Assembly (NCBI RefSeq): GCF_001194135.2
Contig: NC_068981.1
Span: forward strand, 26,426,233 to 26,461,695
DNA from: Octopus bimaculoides
Taxonomy: Eukaryota
Length of the DNA: 35,463 nt
Direction of reading: 5' to 3'
The first letter of the stretch is position 1, and each line of letters starts with the position of its first letter. A model generated the notes under the pieces. It was not told the DNA's origin, searched no databases, and saw only the letters and a program-made list of their open reading frames with translations. Position numbers and translations under genes: made by a program. This document shows positions 22,221-34,760 of the stretch, piece by piece.

Positions 22221-23410
22221 CTCGTCTGATCTTCCACGCGTGCGTATCATGATTTCGATTCCCAGACTGGCGGAGCGTCGTGTTCTTGAGGAAAACACTT
22301 CCCTTCACTTTGTTCACGTCCAATCAGCGACCCTAGGAAGAAGCACATTCCAGTCATAAGCATCCGATGTTATTTTCAGAAATTTACCACGACTAGAATT
22401 TTCAATGTGTCCTTCCATTTTTGGAGCAGTGAAGTTTAATTTGAAATAGATTCAGCTGTTATTTCTAGCACATGTTTGGATCGATTTTATTAGTCATCTT
22501 CAGCCACTGCGCCAGTATACTTTATTTTTTTTATAGGGTAGTATGGGATTTGAGGGACTTTGGAAGCTATTTCCTGTGACTATGCTGTGGCTCACTCTTG
22601 CTTCATGCTGTTGTTGCTGTTTTTGTTGACAGTATCAGTGTACTGTAACGGATGGTGCAGTGCTGAAAAGTAAATATTTTTAATAGAGTTAAGTGCAACA
22701 TTTTCTTAGCAACTCTTTTGTAGCAAGGAAATACCGTTTGACAGCTGCTTATAATAATGTTTGATTTGGCTTATATTACATTTCAAGTCATTTTGACATT
22801 TCAAGTATTACCAACAGGACAATGGTGTATTGGCAGGACCAAGAGAATACGGGACAATATTTCCTCGCAATAAATGCTGTTTCTATATATATATATATAT
22901 ATATATAAATATATAGTTTTAGTATGTATGTGTGTATATATATATATATATATTTTAGGAGATTAATTTTTGAAAGTTGCATTTCCCTCGCTTTCGGTAA
23001 ATATGTTGCTTATTTTTTGGTAGTTTCTGACTTATTTAGTCCCTCTAAGCGTGAGGCATTACTATATAGTTAATGCCCTTATATAAATTATATATATANN
23101 NNNNNNNNNNNNNNNNNNNNNNNNNNNNNNNNNNNNNNNNNNNNNNNNNNNNNNNNNNNNNNNNNNNNNNNNNNNNNNNNNNNNNNNNNNNNNNNNNNNN
23201 NNNNNNNNNNNNNNNNNNNNNNNNNNNNNNNNNNNNNNNNNNNNNNNNNNNNNNNNNNNNNNNNNNNNNNNNNNNNNNNNNNNNNNNNNACATGTATATA
23301 TATATATGTATAAGTATGTATGTGTGTATGCATGTATGACTTTCTCTTTCTTTCCTCCAGAACCAATGAACTACTCTTTCTTTCTCTCTCTTTCTTCCGT
23401 GCTCTCTTTC

Positions 23411-23455
<45 letters not shown>

Positions 23456-24369
23456 TTTCTTCCTTCCCTCTCTCTTAATCGGCTATCATGATTATGTGAG
23501 CCCGCTAGCAAAAATCTAATAAAAGAGAAAACATTCGTGACACACCATTTTGGTGTACAGTGCTGGCACATTAATATCATCTGTCAGTAATATGTTAGAA
23601 ACACGCGCGTACAAGCGCGCAAACACGTTCACATCTATCGTACATCCAATGAGACAACGCAAAAGATTAGTGTTATAAGTTCAAAAACTTGGTGACTTCC
23701 ACTTCCTTCACACTCAACAAGTGAAGAATTTTATCTGTATGCGTGTATTTGCGTGTATGCGAGTGCGCGTGCGGCATTGTGTGTGTTCGCGCGCACGTAT
23801 ACTTTGTCTTTACTTGCAAGTGAACATTGTAAAGACAGTGCATTTGAAACAGTTGGATATTTCACTGGAGAAGAATTCAGCAAATCCTGAAAAGTTTGTT
23901 ACATGAAGCCACTTTTATTAAGGCAATATACAATGGTGCAGTGTCATTTAACAATAGAATACTGTTTGTGAAACCAGCAACAGTACAATTATAATATATG
24001 AGTTTTTCTTCATGAATATGAAAGCAATTAGTTGTAAGCTATAGCAACGTAGAAACAATTTTCTCGGGTTGTCAACTTACTACATCAATATGATACTGCC
24101 GAATAAATGTCTATGACGTTTTCCTCAAAATAATTCCCAAATAATGCATGATATATTTGCTTTCATATTTTCTTCAGTATTTTCTAATAAAAAGAACATC
24201 TTTTCTAGAGCTAATATAGGCAATTCTTCGTTTGTGTGTCAACAATATTCACTGTGTAACGTCACATGCTATGTCATTTTTAATTCTGCCAGAGCACAAA
24301 TTGTTGCTGCCGTCATAACAATTTCATATGTTCGGAGTTGTCTACCACATATTCAAATTAATTTAATGT

Positions 24370-24612
24370 TTTTTTTACTTGTTCCATTCATTCTACTGCG
24401 GCCATATTACGGCACTGCCTTGGATCGAACTAATCGACCCAAGTACTTTTTTATCACTCAATTTTGCCGAACTGCTATGTTAAGATGACGTAAACACACT
24501 AACAGCGGTTGTCAAGCGGTGGTGGGGACAAACACAGAAATCATGACACACACTTACATATACATTTGTATGCATATATGTGAGTGTATGTATATATATA
24601 TATATATATATA
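24370..24612 (-). mobile_element. SINE family A, 3' half plus internal microsatellite
   Basis: Reverse complement of the tgtttgtcccc..gcttgacaaccg..ttcggcaaaa..ggccgcag tail; head not seen. Confidence 0.75.
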
Positions 24613-24618
24613 TAAAGT

Positions 24619-24866
24619 GAAGTATATTTGCCACTTAAATGTGGCTGACCCCGAGGGGTGGATGTTACTGTTGCTTTTAGCCCCAGGAGGATATCTCCTC
24701 CAGCTGGCCATCGACACACTTCTGTTCCCTGTCTGTATTTGCCAAGGGAAGTTATCCTTCCCATCTTGATCTACGATACGTACGTACTCGAGTTTCAGGG
24801 TTATTTCCCTTCTTCAGCGTACGACAATCGCCGACCTTCGATGCAAAAGGCATCCCTTGGCAAATA
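24619..24866 (-). mobile_element. Structured ~250 nt hammerhead-bearing unit (candidate retrozyme or Penelope pLTR) between (TA)n tracts
   Basis: Perfect 14 bp inverted repeat (24736-24749 / 24853-24866) encloses the ribozyme; several further hairpins; (TA)n on both sides. Confidence 0.65.
24774..24830 (-). ncRNA. Type I hammerhead ribozyme, intact core, GUA cleavage site
   Basis: Minus strand: cgtacg CTGAAGA aggg-aaataa-ccct GAAA ctcgagt A cgtacg. All core positions are canonical, helix III is the palindrome ACTCGAGT, and cleavage is predicted 3' of 24785. Confidence 0.92.
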
Positions 24867-25813
24867 TATATANNNNNNNNNNNNNNNNNNNNNNNNNNNN
24901 NNNNNNNNNNNNNNNNNNNNNNNNNNNNNNNNNNNNNNNNNNNNNNNNNNNNNNNNNNNNNNNNNNNNNNNNNNNNNNNNNNNNNNNNNNNNNNNNNNNN
25001 NNNNNNNNNNNNNNNNNNNNNNNNNNNNNNNNNNNNNNNNNNNNNNNNNNNNNNNNNNNNNNNNNNNNNNNNNNNNNNNNNNNNNNNNNNNNNNNNNNNN
25101 NNNNNNNNNNNNNNNNNNNNNNNNNNNNNNNNNNNNNNNNNNNNNNNNCAGCACCGCCACCACCACCAGCACCGCCACCACCAGCAACATCAACTAGGAG
25201 GTGGAAAGTAAGGAAGGAAACAGAAATAGACTACTCATTCATAGGTTCTCTTGTAGTCAAGAAGGTCTTTCCTGGTAGAGAATCATTCACCACAGAGTGC
25301 ACTATGATGCTCACTTATACCAGGGGTTTTATTGCCTTATTTATGAGTTAGCCTTTTGGCTCCTGCTTTCAAAATTCTTAATGTTTCGAACGTCTTCAAG
25401 CCCATGGTGCTAGCTTCATTTCATGTCGACTTATCTCAAGCAAGCTCCCGGATCAAAGATGACATTGGGTTAAATAATAACAACGAAAATAACGTAGTTT
25501 TCTTCATTGTTGAACATTTGTTCAATGTATTGACTTTTGTTCCCACTATTCGCTGTTTCAAAGATACTAGAAATTTGTCTCGACTGATAGTAAGATTCTA
25601 TTATATTGGTTCCTTCCGAAACAATATAAATAGAATGTTAAAATCAGTTTTTCTATGAAAGATTCCAGTTAATGTTAAAACTTTCTCAGGATTTGAGAGA
25701 TAAACGCGGCAGAGTTTTCTCATACTAGCCAATAAAATCTGTCTCGTTTCACGTCAATACTCAAAGTCAGATATAGAAAAACAGCCACCCACACAATCAT
25801 ACAATACACATAT

Positions 25814-25932
<119 letters not shown>

Positions 25933-27340
25933 CTCATACGCATACAATTATATTCAAATACTAAAATACTAGACTATGTAAGTACACAAACATACATACA
26001 AATGTGTATGTGTTTATATACATATATGAATACATACTAGTCTAACTACAAACCAGGTGTTGTATATAGATTAAGGGACATTATATACTGTAAAAGCTCT
26101 GATTGTCATATATCATATCTTTTGAAGTATTGTGACGTATTCTTGACTTATTGTTGCTTTCATTGATTATACAACTATAGGATATACCCTCGTTATCCAT
26201 GGGTATTTGTATCTTTCAATGTCCAAAGCAGAGATGAGAGAAGGCTCATTGATTGTGAAAATTTCTGTGTAGTGCGTAGTGAGAAGTGTTTGCATGTGAG
26301 TGTATGTACAACATATGTATGTATGTACATATGTATGCATGTATGTGTGTACGTGTATGTATGCGTGTGTGTATGTGAGTGTGTGCGTGTGTGTGTATGT
26401 GTGTGTGTTTATATTATATATATATATTCCTTTGAATGTTAAATGGCAGCATAAAAGTGCTGCTTGATTGACGTCAACGGGGTAATGTAAATTTGGCAGT
26501 TGGAAAGTGAAGCCACAGCTGATTACAAGAGGGTTGCACATACAAACAACAACAACAACAAATCAGGCTCATCAATGAATAATAAATTGCTTGGTGGCTG
26601 TTGTTGTGAAGATGGGCGGTTTGGCTTTCAAGATCTAAAAAATCTTTAGCATTAAAAGAATTATAAAATGACTTGAGCGTGTTTTCAAATTCTGGTTCAA
26701 AACATTTTGCGTTGTTGGAAAGCGTGCACCCGGATATGTATGCAGTATATATAATCATAGGGATCTGTTGTTATATACAACCTTATAGAAGCTTAGAGGG
26801 GGTGTATACACACACACACATATCTATATACATATATATATATGTATGTAAGTGTATATATATATGTGTGTGTGTATATATATGCATGTATGTATATATA
26901 TATATATATATATNNNNNNNNNNNNNNNNNNNNNNNNNNNNNNNNNNNNNNNNNNNNNNNNNNNNNNNNNNNNNNNNNNNNNNNNNNNNNNNNNNNNNNN
27001 NNNNNNNNNNNNNNNNNNNNNNNNNNNNNNNNNNNNNNNNNNNNNNNNNNNNNNNNNNNNNNNNNNNNNNNNNNNNNNNNNNNNNNNNNNNNNNNNNNNN
27101 NNNNNNNNNNNNNNNNNNNNNNNNNNNNNNNNNNNNNNNNNNNNNNNNNNNNNNNNNNNNNNNNNNNNNNNNNNNNNNNNNNNNNNNNNNNNNNNNNNNN
27201 NNNNNNNNNNNNNNNNNNNNNNNNNNNNNNNNNNNNNNNNNNNNNNNNNNNNNNNNNNNNNNNNNNNNNNNNNNNNNNNNNNNNNNNNNNNNNNNNNNNN
27301 NNNNNNNNNNNNNNNNNNNNNNNNNNNNNNNNNNNNNATA

Positions 27341-27960
27341 TATCAATTAAATATAAGGATAAAATCTATACAAAATTATGTCACGTAGCCAGCGTGTAAA
27401 ACAAGTTAAGGTAAAAAATTAATACTCAGTATATAATTTTTTTAAATACATAATTATTTTAAAGGCTACTACTATAAGTAAAGCCACAAAAGGTTGAGTT
27501 GCGTATCGAAATGAACTCATGGTCAGCGCTGTAACACGCTCTCCACTCGTCAGTGCAAACAAAACCAGAAATGTATACATATAAACACTTATGCATACCA
27601 TACGAACACAATATATCCACAGCGCATATAAAAATGTTCACACATATACATCCATAAAAGGATTTCTATTTTGTTCATCTCAGCCACGTGTGTATGACTA
27701 AAATAATTCAGCACTGAATATATTCCGCTTAAATATTTATCAATTAAATATAAGGATAAAATCTATATAAGATTTTATGAAGTCATTTCCTCGACTTGAG
27801 CATGTGTGAATATTTTGATAAAGTAATTTGGTTTTAGCGCCTATGCAGCGTATATATTTACTTATAGTAGTAGCCTTTAATGTAATAATGTATTATTTTA
27901 AAATTATATGCTTAGTATTAATTTTTCACCTTAATTGGTTTTACACGCTGGCTACTTGAT
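27341..27960. mobile_element. Family E inverted/direct repeat module (MITE-like or rearranged pLTR)
   Basis: Inverted arms of ~100 bp at 27385-27482 and 27857-27955; 30 bp direct repeat at 27341-27370 and 27738-27767. Confidence 0.75.
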
Positions 27961-28174
27961 AAGAGTGTTCGTCGATCGTTTACGCCGTACGTCTACTCTC
28001 TCGTTGTTTATTCGTTCGAAGCTCTAACTTACCATGAATTTTATATTTTTAAAATTTCTGGATGCTGCTGTCTTATGATATTTCCCTATATTGTCGTTAA
28101 AAGCACGAAATAGGAGTAATAAACAGTCCGGCAACTGATGAGGGGTTATCGTCTTTTAGTATGTTGTCCTTTTC

Positions 28175-28300
28175 TCTCGTGTGTTTACGTGTGTTTCACT
28201 CGTTGGTGATGTCCTTTATTTATTGTGTATGGTTTTAGTAAATTGTTCTGTATTTATCTCACGTGTGTTTACGTGTTTATCAGTCGTTGGTGATGTCCTG
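28175..28300. repeat. Local direct duplication of ~45 bp
   Basis: tctc(t/a)cgtgtgtttacgtgt..tcgttggtgatgtcct occurs twice about 82 bp apart. Confidence 0.8.
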
Positions 28301-28551
28301 TACAATATGGTTATTTTATATTTCATTCATTAATAATCGAACGCCACGCAGCATTGACTACAGTAAGTTCTTAGACACACACACACACGCACGCACACAC
28401 ATGCATATCGCATCTATTCTATTGGCTATTATTGCATAAGATTTCATTACATCTCTCTCTTTCTCTCTCTCTCTATCTATCTATCTATCTAACTATCTGT
28501 CTGTCTGTCTATTTGTATGCATCTCCCTTTGTCTGCATACACACACACACA

Positions 28552-28619
<68 letters not shown>

Positions 28620-29512
28620 NNNNNNNNNNNNNNNNNNNNNNNNNNNNNNNNNNNNNNNNNNNNNNNNNNNNNNNNNNNNNNNNNNNNNNNNNNNNNNNNN
28701 NNNNNNNNNNNNNNNNNNNNNNNNNNNNNNNNNNNNNNNNNNNNNNNNNNNNNNNNNNNNNNNNNNNNNNNNNNNNNNNNNNNNNNNNNNNNNNNNNNNN
28801 NNNNNNNNNNNNNNNNNNNNNNNNNNNNNNNNNNNNNNNNNNNNNNNNNNNNNNNNNNNNNNNNNNNNNNNNNNNNNNNNNNNNNNNNNNNNNNNNNNNN
28901 NNNNNNNNNNNNNNNNNNNNNNNNNNNNNNNNNNNNNNNNNNNNNNNNNNNNNNNNNNNNNNNNNNNNNNNNNNNNNNNNNNNNNNNNNNNNNNNNNNNN
29001 NNNNNNNNNNNNNNNNNNNNNNNNNNNNNNNNNNNNNNNNNNNNNNNNNNNNNNNNNNNNNNNNNNNNNNNNNNNNNNNNNNNNNNNNNNNNNNNNNNNN
29101 NNNNNNNNNNNNNNNNNNNNNNNNNNNNNNNNNNNNNNNNNNNNNNNNNNNNNNNNNNNNNNNNNNNNNNNNNNNNNNNNNNNNNNNNNNNNNNNNNNNN
29201 NNNNNNNNNNNNNNNNNNNNNNNNNNNNNNNNNNNNNNNNNNNNNNNNNNNNNNNNNNNNNNNNNNNNNNNNNNNNNNNNNNNNNNNNNNNNNNNNNNNN
29301 NNNNNNNNNNNNNNNNNNNNNNNNNNNNNNNNNNNNNNNNNNNNNNNNNNNNNNNNNNNNNNNNNNNNNNNNNNNNNNNNNNNNNNNNNNNNNNNNNNNN
29401 NNNNNNNNNNNNNNNNNNNNNNNNNNNNNNNNNNNNNNNNNNNNNNNNNNNNNNNNNNNNNNNNNNNNNNNNNNNNNNNNNNNNNNNNNNNNNNNNNNNN
29501 NNNNNNNNNNNN

Positions 29513-29551
<39 letters not shown>

Positions 29552-29837
29552 TTATCTTTTTGTTTCGTTGGTAAAAAGAAAACGTCATATTAAAATACGA
29601 AATATGTCATAACAGTTTAGTGTATAATAAATTGTTTGTTACAGTAAACGGTAATTACTCTGAACGGTTATTAGACGAAACTTGTGTAATTTATTAACAT
29701 ATATGTATGTATGCATGTATGTATGTATGTATGTATCTTTGTATGTATGTATGTATGTATGTATGTATGTATGTTTGTCTGTCTGTCTGCATGTATATAT
29801 GTATGTATGTATACGTTGTGCATCTAAACATTTTGAT

Positions 29838-30191
29838 ATCTTTTATTCTTTTATTTGTTTATTCTTTTATTTGTTTCAGTCATTTCACTCCGGCCATGCT
29901 AAAGTACCACCTTTAGTCGAGCAAATCGACACCAGGACTTATTCTTTTTAAGCCTAGTACTTATTTTATCGGTTATCTTGCCGAACCGCGATGTTGGAGG
30001 GACAGACAAAGACACACAAACATATATATACATACGACGGGCTTCTTTCAGTTTTCGTCTACCAAATCCACTCATAAGGCTTTGGTCAGCCCGAGGCTAT
30101 AGTAGAAGACACTTGCCCAAGTTGTCACGCAGTGGGACTGAACCCGGTTCCATGTGGTTGGTAAGCAAGCTACTTACCACACAGTCACTCT
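29838..30191 (-). mobile_element. SINE family A with ~40 bp internal deletion
   Basis: Reverse complement of 6163-6610, lacking the segment between gccgaaccgc and gatgttgg. Confidence 0.88.
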
Positions 30192-32129
30192 ATTGCTTCG
30201 TTTTCAGAAAGAGGGAGAATTACGTAAGATGATGTACGTATTAGGTTCATTTAATTCAATATAAAATTATAATGAATGATACTTAATTATTTTCTGTCTA
30301 ATACCGCTTAGATATTTCAAACTCCAGCACTCTTTTAATCCTAGTTTGAACCATTTTAGTTATTCTGCCTGTTTGTTTGTGAGCCTTAATGGCCAACGGG
30401 TTACAAGTGGCTCTCATCCCTGATCTAAGTTCGAATAAGCAGCCTCTTGATAAAACAAGCCGCACAGAGATTAGTTAAAAAAGGAGCAGTAAAAAGAAGA
30501 AAGCTATAAAATTATTTAGAAACCTGGCACGGAAATTATTTCGAAAGATTCGGCCGTCTGGTTAACTGCTTCGAGCTTTAACAGGAAAATAATTAGATTC
30601 CATTCATTCTTATTTTATTCTACATTATATGTATCACAGTCATCATTTTATTTCATTCTGCAACTTTCTTAGAACGAGGCAATATAAAACATACCTTTCC
30701 CTTCGCCTCCTTCTCCATTGTCATCGTTGTCTGTGTTGTCTGACCCGATACAAATTTATGCAATCTCAGTGACTGCACTGAAGATGCAAAATATGCTGAA
30801 ACAAACATTTTCAGATTTTAAGATCATTAAATATTGAATATCAAAAAGTGTATCACCTTTAATTACTATTGACTTGTCTTTAATAATTCAAGAATAAAGC
30901 ATTTCTCATTTACTTCGTCATTTATGCACTAACACTTATGTTATCTCTCTATAGGTATCTCTATGTATGTATGTATGTATGTATGTATGTATGCATGTAT
31001 GTATGTATGTATGTATGTATGCGTGAATGTATGGTGTGATTAGCTTGTGGCCTGCGTCTGCGTATTCTTAAGTTCAATACTTTGCTTTAAACAATCTCGA
31101 CGAAAATCCTGCTGTACCTATCTAGTGTGCGTGAAGAATTTAAATTTTTTAAAATTTTGTATGGCATATTTATCTGCAATGCATAATACTAATATAACGA
31201 GATATCTATGTTAAAGGTATACCATCATTATCAACTGTCTGTAAATGATAATGCATTATTTTTAATAATATATATAGTTACACGTTAGTTTTATTTTTCT
31301 CTTTTCTCTCCATTTTGTTGCTAACTGAATTCCATTAGTCATTAAGTTTGGTCAAACACAGAACGTATAGCATCTTGGCTCAAACATTACTTATAAATTG
31401 ATAACCAAAGCATGAGCCACGACTTTATATTTTCTCCAAGCATTTGCATTGATTTTATTTTTATGGAACTGATTCCAGAAATCAATACTCCTTGTTTTCT
31501 TATCTTAATTTAATTTTTAGTTTATATTTCTATATCACCCTTTAGTCTTAGATTAATATCTTTCGCAATTAGTTTTAGATCGAAATTTTACGACCCTCCT
31601 CGGTATTTGATTAAGAGAGTCAATAATATTGCTGATTAACAACCAAAGTGTTAAAGTTAAAGGCTCAAGGTCATGACACACAATTTTCGTTGTTGTTTTA
31701 GTTTACTACCAGTTGAACGCTAACAGTACAGACATGACAGTCTCTGAATATTTCAGCCATTACTTCATCGTCCTTCGCTTGAACATGGATTATCTGGGAG
31801 TACATTATTTGTCGTGTGATTCTCTATCATGATTTGTGCTACCTGAGATTAATTTGGCTGCGATGTCTTACAAGTCGAATCAACATGTAATGTCTTCTCC
31901 GCTTGTCGTCTCGTCGATTTCTGACCAAGGCACTAGGCCAATGTTTGACGAGGAAGCACGTTCGATTTAAGAGGCTTCACTTATACATACATATTATTTA
32001 TTGCACTTACGTTATAAAAGAAAACACTGCACTAAAATAAGCCTTGCACATATTTGTCTCACATACCGGCGTTCAGTTGTGCAATGGAATCAGCCATAAC
32101 AAGAGAAATACTGAACAATAATAGTTTCT

Positions 32130-32325
32130 GAGCGGGGTTCGTACACGACCAGCAATTTTTGAGGATGGAATTAGTAAATACCATCAACACCAATACTTGA
32201 AGGGTATTTTATTTTATGGACCCCGTACAGTTGAGTTGATCTCGTTAGGATTTGAGTTGAAAATATAAAGATCCGGAAGAAACTACGCTCGGTATTATTT
32301 CCGGCATTCTAAAGATTCTGCCATT
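32130..32325 (-). mobile_element. SINE family B, highly decayed
   Basis: Reverse complement shows a ggcagaat head and a ggggtccataaaataaatacc module. Confidence 0.5.
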
Positions 32326-32429
32326 TTACCACCTTATATATTTCTGTCACACACACATAACCTGATTTATCTGGGATGAGTTATGAGTGGGGATAGATGC
32401 TTCATTTGACCGAAGTAGCTGATCAGTAA

Positions 32430-32562
32430 TTTATTTTATCGGTCTAGAGGGAAGAAAGAAGAAAGCCAGTTTTGATCTCGATAGGATTTAAACGTAGAAC
32501 GTAAAATACTGGAACTGCTACAAGATATTTTGTCTGATACTCTAACATTTCTGCCAGTCCAC
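32430..32562 (-). mobile_element. SINE family B head, highly decayed
   Basis: Reverse complement reads ggactggcagaaatgttagag..ttacgttctacgtttaaatcc. Confidence 0.5.
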
Positions 32563-32976
32563 CGAAGTTTAAATCATTTATTTGTTTAATGGGAAATCGT
32601 AACGAATTGAACGCAGGGGAAAGAAGAAATATATCATTTGATTGTGAATAAAAGCATCGAATGATGACAAGCATTCTTAAATAGAGCAAATGAAGAAAAG
32701 ATGCCAACGTTTAATCGTTCACAAAAAATAAAAGTTAAGATTACAAATAATAATTAAAGAAGTCCGAATTATTTCGCTAGACTCTCTCGTTAATGGTCAG
32801 TGAGTTTATATTACACCTTCAGTTATTGCTAAGCCAAGTTGAATAAGGAAGACTGAAAATATTTTTATACCAAAATAGGCATGTAGTAGAAAAAAAAAAT
32901 ACAAACACATTAAATGGAGATATTTCAAACACTTCAATAAAAGCGATTTTCAAATTCATTACGAATTCTCTTAAAG

Positions 32977-32979
<3 letters not shown>

Positions 32980-33028
<49 letters not shown>

Positions 33029-33055
33029 GTTATTATTATTATTATTATTATTATT
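32980..33055. repeat. (ATT)n microsatellite
   Basis: Read directly. Confidence 0.97.
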
Positions 33056-33828
33056 TTTATTATTTCATATATGTTGCCGCAGTTATATCTCTGTGTAAAC
33101 GTGCTGAATAATTTTTTTTTTAATATTGCTGCTAAAAATGCAGTAAAACATGACAAATATCATAATACTCAATTTCATTCCTAACAATCAATGTTATGTG
33201 AGATCCTGGGTCAATATTTGAACCATTACTGGCACAACACTAGAAATATTCTAGAAAAATTAATTGCTTTATATAACTGGCTGTGATATTGACACTTCAA
33301 ATATTAAAAATTATAAGAATAAACATGTAAAAAACACAGCAGTGCATAAAATAACTACAAATGTTTAAAATGGAACAAAAGCAATATTTTCATTTTTTAA
33401 ATGTGTCTTGAATAAAATAATTCTTGACAAACGAAACAAATGACTTGCCATTTTTGAATAGTATTAGAATTTCAAAAGTGAATTTCGTTGATTTATTTTG
33501 TTTCCAAATGTATATTCTGATTTATAGATTACGAAACTATTTATAAAATGCTTAAAATATAAGCTCTGGTATTACGGGGAGATGTAAGTGGCGATGTTGC
33601 AGACGTTTATTAAATCCTTATTGCACTCGCTGCCAAGCAATATTTACACTTAGAGGATCCATAAATATCGTTTACCGATAACAGTGTGAATACCTTCTGT
33701 GTAGCTGTGGTGAGTTTGTATGTGTACTTATATCCAAAGATTAATATGCATTCATGAATAATTAATTATTCATAAATGCATAAAATATAGCATTGTCTCT
33801 CTCCCCTTCTCCTCCTCTATCTCTCATT

Positions 33829-33881
<53 letters not shown>

Positions 33882-34270
33882 NNNNNNNNNNNNNNNNNNN
33901 NNNNNNNNNNNNNNNNNNNNNNNNNNNNNNNNNNNNNNNNNNNNNNNNNNNNNNNNNNNNNNNNNNNNNNNNNNNNNNNNNNNNNNNNNNNNNNNNNNNN
34001 NNNNNNNNNNNNNNNNNNNNNNNNNNNNNNNNNNNNNNNNNNNNNNNNNNNNNNNNNNNNNNNNNNNNNNNNNNNNNNNNNNNNNNNNNNNNNNNNNNNN
34101 NNNNNNNNNNNNNNNNNNNNNNNNNNNNNNNNNNNNNNNNNNNNNNNNNNNNNNNNNNNNNNNNNNNNNNNNNNNNNNNNNNNNNNNNNNNNNNNNNNNN
34201 NNNNNNNNNNNNNNNNNNNNNNNNNNNNNNNNNNNNNNNNNNNNNNNNNNNNNNNNNNNNNNNNNNNNNN

Positions 34271-34308
<38 letters not shown>

Positions 34309-34484
34309 TCGGTTCTTTCTCTATCGGCAAAAAATCTTGATATAAACTGAATAATGGCATACATACGTATGCATCTACGTACGTACATACGTACACGCAC
34401 GCACGCACACACGTACGCACGTATGTATGTATGTATGTATGTATGTATGTATGTATGTATGTATGTATGTATGTATGTATGTAT

Positions 34485-34760
34485 GGTTATCCAACCACTG
34501 GTTTTCTCTACTTATTTCTGTGACGGTCGTGAAGGCAGAGTCCACAAGCACCACCACCATATGATCCTATTAGGAGCAAAAATCTTTACATTTTCCTCCT
34601 GGAGTCCTGTGCGTGACCAACATAGACCATGGATATTATCCATCCCATTGGTTCTTGGTCTACCCCTTGGCTTCCTTCATATGTTACATCTGAGAAGCTA
34701 TCTTCAAAAGATTTTTTTTGTTTTTGCTCGCCAGTTAAGCTTTTTGAAATGAGAGCATCT
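34485..34760 (-). mobile_element. RTE-like LINE 3' end, decayed, followed by a (CATA)n tail
   Basis: Minus strand PRGRPRTNGMDNIHGLCWSRTGLQEENV..TLPSRPS resembles the RGRPR.RW.D C-terminal motif of RTE ORFs; a (CATA)n array follows immediately (34420-34483). Confidence 0.65.

Noticed and set aside
22465-22505. Minus-strand CTGAAGA..CAAACATGT resembling a hammerhead
   Set aside because: GAAA is replaced by CAAA, there is G at the cleavage position, and the helices are weak.
24645-24715. HDV-like ribozyme fold
   Set aside because: P1, P2 and P4-like pairings can be drawn, but no valid P3/P1.1 or J4/2 was found on either strand.
25380-25625. Two hammerhead-like fragments (ttgaaga-cgttc-gaaac on minus; ctgatag..cgaaac on plus)
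   Set aside because: The cores are non-canonical and there is no credible helix I or II.
26468-26477. Palindromic CRE site TTGACGTCAA
   Set aside because: One such short motif in 35 kb is compatible with chance, and there is no promoter context.
26474-26758. 94 aa minus-strand ORF as an exon
   Set aside because: No recognisable family; it includes a (TTG)n repeat and lacks clear splice sites.
30778-30805. CTGAAGA..GAAAC spacing
   Set aside because: Helix II has only two pairs, and there is no helix III or cleavage triplet.
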